A program made the translations under genes and the position numbers. A stretch of DNA of 64,000 bases from Eledone cirrhosa. Its lineage: Eukaryota. Under the pieces are notes generated by a model. That model was not told the origin of the DNA. It was given only the letters and a program-made list of their open reading frames with translations, and made no database searches. Shown here piece after piece: positions 55,673 to 64,000 of this stretch (position 1 is its first letter; every line of letters begins with the position of its first letter). Location: contig OZ024746.1 in the NCBI GenBank assembly GCA_964016885.1, forward strand, positions 1,984,001-2,048,000, read 5' to 3'.

Positions 55673-55764
55673 TATATAGATATACTATATAGATATACTA
55701 TATAGATATACTATATATATACTATATATATACTATAAATATATATATACTATAAATATATATA

Positions 55765-55795
<31 letters not shown>

Positions 55796-55940
55796 CTATA
55801 TACTATATATATATGTATATATACTATATACTATATATATATGTATATATATATATAGTATATACATATATATATATACTATATACATATATATATATAT
55901 ATATACTATATACATATATATATATATATATATATACTAT

Positions 55941-55971
<31 letters not shown>

Positions 55972-56000
55972 TACTATATACATATATATATATATACTAT

Positions 56001-56033
<33 letters not shown>

Positions 56034-56115
56034 TATATCCATATACATATATACTATATACATATATACATATATATATATACATATATACATATACATA
56101 TATATACATATATAC

Positions 56116-56150
<35 letters not shown>

Positions 56151-56159
56151 CTATATATA

Positions 56160-56377
56160 GGAACGATCGACTTTCGTCAAATCGGACCGAGGGAACAATG
56201 TTTCCGTTGGTCTTTCCAATTGCTAATACTATCTATCGGTCTCAACTCCAGGTAGAAGGAGCAACGTGAAATAAAGTGTCTTGCTCAAGGACATAACACA
56301 TCGCCTGGTCCAGGAATTGAACTCACAACCTTACGATTGCGAATCCAATTCTCTAACCACTCAGCCACACGCCTTCA
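56160..56377 (-). mobile_element. tRNA-derived SINE with the same head and a different body
   Basis: Minus strand GAAGGCGTGTGGCTGAGTGGTTAGAG ... GAGTTCAATTCC ... gtccttgagcaagacactttatttcacgttgctcc, then a divergent 3' part. Confidence 0.75.
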
Positions 56378-56497
56378 CTATACTATATATATATATACAT
56401 ATATATATACTATATACATATATATATATACTATATACATATACATATATATATACTATATACATATATACATATATACTATATATATATATTGGAT

Positions 56498-56830
56498 GGA
56501 GGCACATGGCTTAGTGGTTAGAGCATTGGCCTTGCAATCGAAAGGTTGTGAGTTCAATTCTCAGACCAGGTGATGTGTTGTTTCCTTGAGCAAGACACTT
56601 TATTTCACATTGCTCCAGTTTACTCAGCTGTAGAAATGAGATGATATGGACTGGGGTCCTATCATTCCACTGTAAAGTGGTCGTGGAGGCCCCACAGCAA
56701 AAAAGCACCCAGCCCTCGCTGTAAATGAGGAAGGGCATCCAGCTGTAGAAATCAAGCCAGAATCAGTTCCCGTCCCACCCTTGCAAGCAGGGAAAAGCGG
56801 ACGTAAAATGAAATGATGATGAAATGATGA
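56498..56830 (+). mobile_element. Full-length tRNA-derived SINE with RTE-derived tail
   Basis: A box TGGCTTAGTGG, B box GAGTTCAATTC, tail ccgtcccacccttgcaagcagggaaaagcggacgtaaaatg. Confidence 0.9.
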
Positions 56831-56910
56831 TATATACATATACATATATACATATATATATATACATACATATATATATATATACATATATACGTATATA
56901 CATATATATA

Positions 56911-57750
56911 TCATCATCATCATCATCATTTTACGTCCGCTTTTCCCTGCTTGCAAGGGTGGGACGGGTCTTATTCAGCACAGCATCTCTCCACTCGTCA
57001 CGGTCCCTCGTCATCTCCACCGTGAGCTTCAATGATCTGAGGTCTGTTCTCACCACCTCCGCCCATGTTTTTCGTGGTCTACCTCTACCACGTCTTCCTT
57101 CAACTGGCATTTCCTGGCACTTCTTCACCCATCGGTCATCCTCCATGCGCATCACATGTCCATACCACCTCAGTCTCCTCTCCCGTACACTACATTCTAT
57201 CCCTCTCAGACAGTTTCTCTCTCAACACATTTATGCTGGGTCGTTCACGCACATTTACACTGCACATCCAACGGAGCATGCTTGCCTCATTTCTCTCCAG
57301 CCGTCGCATATCCTCTGCGGTTGCTGCCCATGTCTCACTACCATGCAGCATCGCGCTCCTCACACAGGCATCATACAACCGGCCTTTCGTACGCAGGGAG
57401 AAACCCTTCTTCGTCAACAGAGGAAGCAGCTCCCTAAACTTCTTCCAACCCGTCCTTATTCTAGATACTATGGCCTCGGAACACCCTCCTCCCATGCTAA
57501 TCTGATCTCCTAGGTACCGGAAGCTATCCACCACTTCTATAGCACCCGCCTGCATTTGAAAAATGTGTCTATCAATGCGACTTCTACTGTCTAATTTCCC
57601 TGTACATCTACTGCATACGTATTTCTCCCTACCTGTTAGTTTGCCTGCTATCCCACTACATCTCTTGTGTACCCAGGATCTGCATTGTGTGCATTTTATA
57701 GAATTTATGCCAGTTCCTTTTCTGCATATCGAACATGGCCATTTCCCTAC
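56911..57750 (-). mobile_element. Young RTE-clade LINE 3' fragment (PHD-like Cys cluster plus post-RT domain)
   Basis: KWPCSICRKG..NSIKCTQC..WVHKRCSG..C..C; EVVDSFRYLG..RIRTGWKKFREL..KGRLYDACVRSAMLHGSETW; GRRGRGRPRKTW..DRDEWR; (GAT)n tail. One frameshift near 57190. Confidence 0.93.
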
Positions 57751-57812
57751 ATACATATATATATATATATATATACATATATACGTATATACATATATAT
57801 ATATATATATAC

Positions 57813-57840
<28 letters not shown>

Positions 57841-57849
<9 letters not shown>

Positions 57850-58261
57850 TAAAAGAATAATGAATAAAACAATGAAACAGTTCCTTATATTAAACAAAAA
57901 AAGTTCATTATTTAACGACCGTTTCTAGGATATATATGTGTTAGAATTGGCATGCATATTCAACAGATCTATGTACAAAATTATACAAAATTATACAAAC
58001 TATCAAGATTAAATATACATACCAAACACACATATATGCCGTCTTCATTATTTCTGAAGACGGCATATATGTGTGTTTGGTATGTATATTTAATCTTGAT
58101 AGTTTGTATAATTTTGTATAATTTTGTACATAGATCTGTTGAACATGCATGCCAATTCTAACACATATATATCCTAGAAACGATCGTTAAATAATGAACT
58201 TTTTTTGTTTAATATAAGGAACTGTTTCATTGTTTTATTCATTATTCTTTTAATATTTTAT
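57841..58261. repeat. 421-bp near-perfect palindrome (Penelope-like inverted pLTR)
   Basis: Arms 57841-58047 and 58055-58261 (207 bp, 2 mismatches), 7-nt loop ttatttc. Confidence 0.95.
58044..58198 (+). ncRNA. Type I hammerhead ribozyme-like motif (Penelope-like pLTR)
   Basis: Stem I TTCATTATTT/AAATAATGAA, core CTGAAGA, long stem II (ggcatatatgtgt/acacatatatatcc, imperfect at its base), GAAA, palindromic CGATCG, then TT. Confidence 0.6.
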
Positions 58262-58392
58262 CTTGACTCTGTATTCCGTTTATCTTTCACCGAAAGTGAT
58301 TTTTCATTGCATCTCTTCTTTCCATGATATCCGGACTACATTGAGTTCTTCATACGGATTGGACACTACCGTAAACTCTTGGTAGATTTATC

Positions 58393-58441
<49 letters not shown>

Positions 58442-58442
58442 G

Positions 58443-58477
<35 letters not shown>

Positions 58478-58698
58478 TATATACGTATATATATACACAT
58501 ATTATATACGTATATATATATATACACACATATATATATACGTATATAATATGTATATATATATATATACGTATATAATATGTATATATATATATATATA
58601 CGTATATAATATATACGTATATATATATATACATATATATATACGTATATATATATACACGTATATATATATATATATACGTATATAATATGTATGAG

Positions 58699-59098
<400 letters not shown>

Positions 59099-59450
59099 GG
59101 AGGCACATGGCTTAGTGGTTAGAGCATTGGCCTTGCAATCGAAAGGTTGTGAGTTCAATTCTCAGACTGGGTGATGTGTTGTTTCCTTGAGCATCAAAGA
59201 GCAAGACACTTTATTTCAGATTGCTCCAGTTTACTCAGCTGTAGAAATGAGATGATAGGGACTGGGGTCCCTATCATTCCACTGCAAAGTGGTCGTGGAG
59301 GTGTCACGGCAAAAAAGCACCCAGTACTCACTGTAAATGAGGTTGGTGTTAGGAAGGGCATCCAGCTGTAGAAATCAAGCCAGTATCAGTTCCCGTCCCA
59401 ACCTTGCAAGCAGGGAAAACGGACGTAAAATGATGATGATGAAATGATGA

Positions 59451-59452
<2 letters not shown>
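59099..59452 (+). mobile_element. Full-length tRNA-derived SINE with RTE-derived tail
   Basis: Same family as 56498-56830 and 52110-52457. Confidence 0.9.
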
Positions 59453-59491
<39 letters not shown>

Positions 59492-60729
59492 GAGAAAAAG
59501 ACGATTATTAGGAAGAAAAAATTTTTTTTTTCCTTTTATTTTTTTCTCTTTTTTCTGGGTTAGAAAATGTTTAAAAGAAAATATTTTACTTTGTGTGAAG
59601 TGTTAAGGTATTAGTTAATTTATTTATTAATTAACAATGGCATTAATTTATTTATATATTTAATAATTGTCTATTACCGGTTTCAGCATTTTATGCATTA
59701 TCAAAGGGGGAATTTGTATTGGTATAAAATGTTAAGGAAATGGGAAAGAAAGAATAATATTATTTATAAACAAGGTTTTTGAAGTAAAAAGAAAAGAAAG
59801 GGTGTGATGTGGAACATGATAAGATATTGGGAAAGAAAGAATAATATTATTTACAGGCATAGTTCTTGAGGATAAGCAGTTCAAAAAGTGTTATTATGGC
59901 AAGAGCGCTTGGTTATCCTCGAGAACTATGCCTGTAAATAATATTATTCTATATGTATGGACCTGTTATTTTTATCTAAAGACGCCCACCTAAACAACAT
60001 TTACTTTCTCTCTCAATAACACCTCTTCTGACCAGCTGCCTTCAGTCACTAATCAGTTTACACCAAGGTCTTCTTATACAAGATAATATTACATGACATA
60101 AATTGCCGAGTATCAGGTTAATAATACTTATAACATCCTTTAATGATTTAGCAGAACATATCTAAAAATAGGTTTTTTCATTTAAACATTTACAATATCT
60201 ATACTAGTAGATATATCATTGTGAAAAATATGCAAGATTTCAATTTTTAATGGTGTTGTTTTATACTTTTCAAAAATATCTTGTTAATGTGGTTTCATGA
60301 TACAGGGCGTTCAAAGTTAAAAACAAAATGCTAATTATATTTAGGTTGCTTCTGATAAGCGTAGTAAACTTGTACTCACATGAAACTTAATAATTATTAG
60401 TAATTACTTGTGAAATATTACAAATTTACAGATTACTTTACCAACAGTTGGGTGCAGTAATTAGTTGTTGGCAAAACAAAAATGTACCATTTACTTTTAG
60501 TTCCTTAATACAGCCACTCCATTTCTGTACCTGATACCCTTGGAAAAAGCATCAACACTACAAATTCTATTTTTTCTCCTCATATACAGTATATTCTTGT
60601 ATATAAGTTGAGAAATATGTGACAAAAAATAAATGTTAAAATGGGGAGTTGGCTTATATTTGAAGTTTTTGCTGATTTTCACCAACTTCAAAATTCTACA
60701 TAAATGAGATGCTAAAATATTTTCGTTTT

Positions 60730-61165
60730 GGGAGTAAATATTACACCAGTTTCACTTTGTGGGTAAATATTACACCAGTTTCACTTTGGAGGTGAACATT
60801 ACACCTGTTTCACTTTAGGGGTAAATATTACACCAGTTTCACTTTGTGGGTAAATATTACACCAGTTTCACTTTGGAGGTGAACATTACACCTGTTTCAC
60901 TTTAGGGGTAAATATTACACCAGTTTCACTTTGTGGGTAAATATTACACCAGTTTCACTTTGGAGGTGAACATTACACCTGTTTCACTTTAGGGGTAAAT
61001 ATTACACCAGTTTCACTTTGTGGGTAAATATTACACTGGTTTCACTTTGGAGGTGAACATTACACCTGTTTCACTTTAGGGGTAAATATTACACCAGTTT
61101 CACTTTAGGGGTAAATATTACACTGGTTTAACTTTGGTGGTAAATATTACACTGGTTTAACTTTG
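60730..61165. repeat. 29-bp minisatellite with 87-bp (3-mer) higher-order period
   Basis: The ggtgaacattacacctg variant recurs at 60791, 60878, 60965 and 61052. Confidence 0.93.
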
Positions 61166-61235
61166 GACATGAAATTTATATTGCCTACTGCGTTTTGATG
61201 TTTTGAATGAATATGGACTTCAAAACTGACCTGGA

Positions 61236-62461
61236 GCTGGCCTTTAGTCATAAGTTAGTTGAACCATAGCTGGCCTTTGGTCATGTCAGTTGAACCATAG
61301 CTGGCCTTTGGTCATAAGTTAGTTGAACCATAGCTGGCCTTTGGTCATAAGTTAGTTGAACCATAGCTGGCCTTTGGTCATAAGTTAGTTGAACCAGTGC
61401 TGACCTTTAGTCATAAGTTAGTTGAACCAGTGCTGACCTTTAGTCATAAGTTAGTTGAACCAGTGCTGACCTTTAGTCATAAGTTAGTTGAACCAGTGCT
61501 GACCTTTAGTCATAAGTTAGTTGAACCAGTGCTGACCTTTAGTCATAAGTTAGTTGAACCAGTGCTGACCTTTAGTCATAAGTTAGTTGAACCAGAGCTG
61601 ACCTTTAGTCATAAGTTAGTTGAACCAGTGCTGACCTTTAGTCATAAGTTAGTTGAACCAGTGCTGACCTTTAGTCATAAGTTAGTTGAACCAGTGCTGA
61701 CCTTTAGTCATAAGTTAGTTGAACCAGTGCTGACCTTTAGTCATAAGTTAGTTGAACCAGTGCTGACCTTTAGTCATAAGTTAGTTGAACCAGAGCTGAC
61801 CTTTAGTCATAAGTTAGTTGAACCAGTGCTGACCTTTAGTCATAAGTTAGTTGAACCAGTGCTGACCTTTAGTCATAAGTTAGTTGAACCAGTGCTGACC
61901 TTTAGTCATAAGTTAGTTGAACCAGTGCTGACCTTTAGTCATAAGTTAGTTGAACCAGAGCTGACCTTTAGTCATAAGTTAGTTGAACCAGTGCTGACCT
62001 TTAGTCATAAGTTAGTTGAACCAGTGCTGACCTTTAGTCATAAGTTAGTTGAACCAGTGCTGACCTTTAGTCATAAGTTAGTTGAACCAGTGCTGACCTT
62101 TAGTCATAAGTTAGTTGAACCAGTGCTGACCTTTAGTCATAAGTTAGTTGAACCAGAGCTGACCTTTAGTCATAAGTTAGTTGAACCAGTGCTGACCTTT
62201 AGTCATAAGTTAGTTGAACCAGTGCTGACCTTTAGTCATAAGTTAGTTGAACCAGAGCTGACCTTTAGTCATAAGTTAGTTGAACCAGTGCTGACCTTTA
62301 GTCATAAGTTAGTTGAACCAGAGCTGACCTTTAGTCGTAAGTTAGTTGAACCAGAGCTGACCTTTAGTCGTAAGTTAGTTGAACCAGAGCTGACCTTTAG
62401 TCGTAAGTTAGTTTAACCATAGCTGGCCTTTAGTCATAAGTTAGTTCCACCAGAGCTGACC
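61236..62461. repeat. 33-bp minisatellite, ~37 copies
   Basis: Unit gctgacctttagtcataagttagttgaaccag(t/a). Confidence 0.97.
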
Positions 62462-64000
62462 TGGAGCTAAACAAAGGTCAGAAGAATCACAGGTAGCCAA
62501 ATTGTTATGGTGCCAAAGTAGCAAGACCACAGTAGGTTTGATATTGACTGTATTGGCATTGTGGCCCAGCAAGATACATCTCATCTGTTATAAAACATCT
62601 AAACTGAATACAGAATTTACTGTTTCCATCATAACCTTTGATAAAATAAAATAAAATAAAAACCATCAATAACTCATGTAGTAAAGAAGCTATCTACATT
62701 TGGCACTGATTTGAATATTCTCACCTCCACCTCCTCCTCATTATACTGTGCATGCCATAGCAGCTTGCTTTGGTTTACTGTCAAAATTATTGGAGAAATA
62801 TATTTTTCTCTTCATTGTGCATTCATCATCATCATCATCATTTAACGTCCGTTTTCCCTGCTAGCAAAGGTTGGAGGGTCGTCACAAATTGAGTCAGTAC
62901 TCATGTGGTGCTACAGGCCTCTCAGATTGGCCAGGGGCCAGCATCTTGCTTCTACTGAGTACTCAGATGGGCTGGGGCCTACATCTCACATATGTCCCCA
63001 TGCTCAGCAGAGTGCATGAGCTGTATTATTATCTTAGCAGCAGCACTAGGGAGGTTGTCCTGTCTTTAACACAGTTGAAGAGTCCTTCTGACACTTTTGT
63101 TTGGCAGGTTTCCCATGGTTTGAAGCCCTTCTTATTATCAACCACTTTGCATTGTGTATTGAGTGCATTTATTGGGTAGATCAACAACACTAGAGGGGTT
63201 GTCATAACTGAAGAGTCCTCTTAACCTTGCCTCTACCCTATATGAGTTCATCTCCTTTGTATGTATTTCTTAACTGAAGAGTTGAGTCTTATCTTGTGAC
63301 TGGCATTACACCATGTCCATAGCACAGACTCTCAACAGTTGAGTTCATTGAATAATTTTAGTAAAATTATTCATCATTTCATTACTAACTTAATGTGAGG
63401 GGTTCTTATATAAAATTGTTGGAAGATTTTAGTTTAAATTGGAAACCTTTAAAATGGGTGGTTATATTTCATAGAACCAGAGTTGGGTTTGGCTGGGTTG
63501 GTAACTAAACGGTAGTTCTCAGTTCAGTGTGACAACACATTTTTGTCAGCTAAATGAACAGGAATAATTTGAAATAAAGAGTCTTGCTCAAGAACACAAT
63601 GCACTGCCAGGAATCCAAGCTATAATCATGATTTGAACTAACTACTAAGCCCTGTAACATCACAGCAAGCACACTAAACATTCAATGATCTGCTATATCC
63701 ATGTGTAAATTACTTTAGTGATTTACAGCCAGATGGATTTAAACATTTCAGTGAAACGTTTTGGATATAAATATACTTCAATACAAATGTTATGACATGA
63801 ACTGCCTATCTCAGCTGGTTGTCCAATACCCCTTGACTAAACTATGCTTTCAGATAAAACTGGTCTGAATAATAGGCCATTACCAAAAGCTCTGTCTTTA
63901 TGTCATAAGTATGTCAAGTGTTAACCCTTTTGATACCAAACTGCCTGAAACTAGTTTTATAATAGAAAACTATTTGTTTTAAAGTTATATTTATCTAAAA

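Noticed and set aside
61397-62416. 339-aa ORF (LTFSHKLVEPV)n
   Set aside because: By-product of a stop-free 33-bp tandem unit. GTG start, no splice context, no domain.

Overview
AT-rich animal genomic DNA. The SINE families, (TA)n/(CA)n density and RTE/Penelope content point to an octopod cephalopod; this is inferred from recalled repeat families, not from a database search. The only recognisable host gene is a minus-strand RASSF1-like gene. Its first coding exon (43755-43101) ends in the middle of the C1 domain, and I could not find exon 2 in the remaining 43 kb, so most of the window is probably one giant intron. That intron holds a textbook recursive-splice site (CAG|GTAAGT with a 30-nt RS-exon) at 5505/5504 and a ~1.8-kb-arm inverted duplication that has split a DD41D Tc1/mariner transposase. 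Upstream of the gene lie LINE fragments, a 5-kb palindromic (TA)n field, two Penelope-type minimal hammerhead ribozyme motifs (one inside a near-perfect 421-bp palindrome) and several minisatellites. Everything else is SINEs, MITEs, degenerate LINEs and Helitrons. All coordinates were read by eye, and repeat boundaries may be off by a few to tens of bases.
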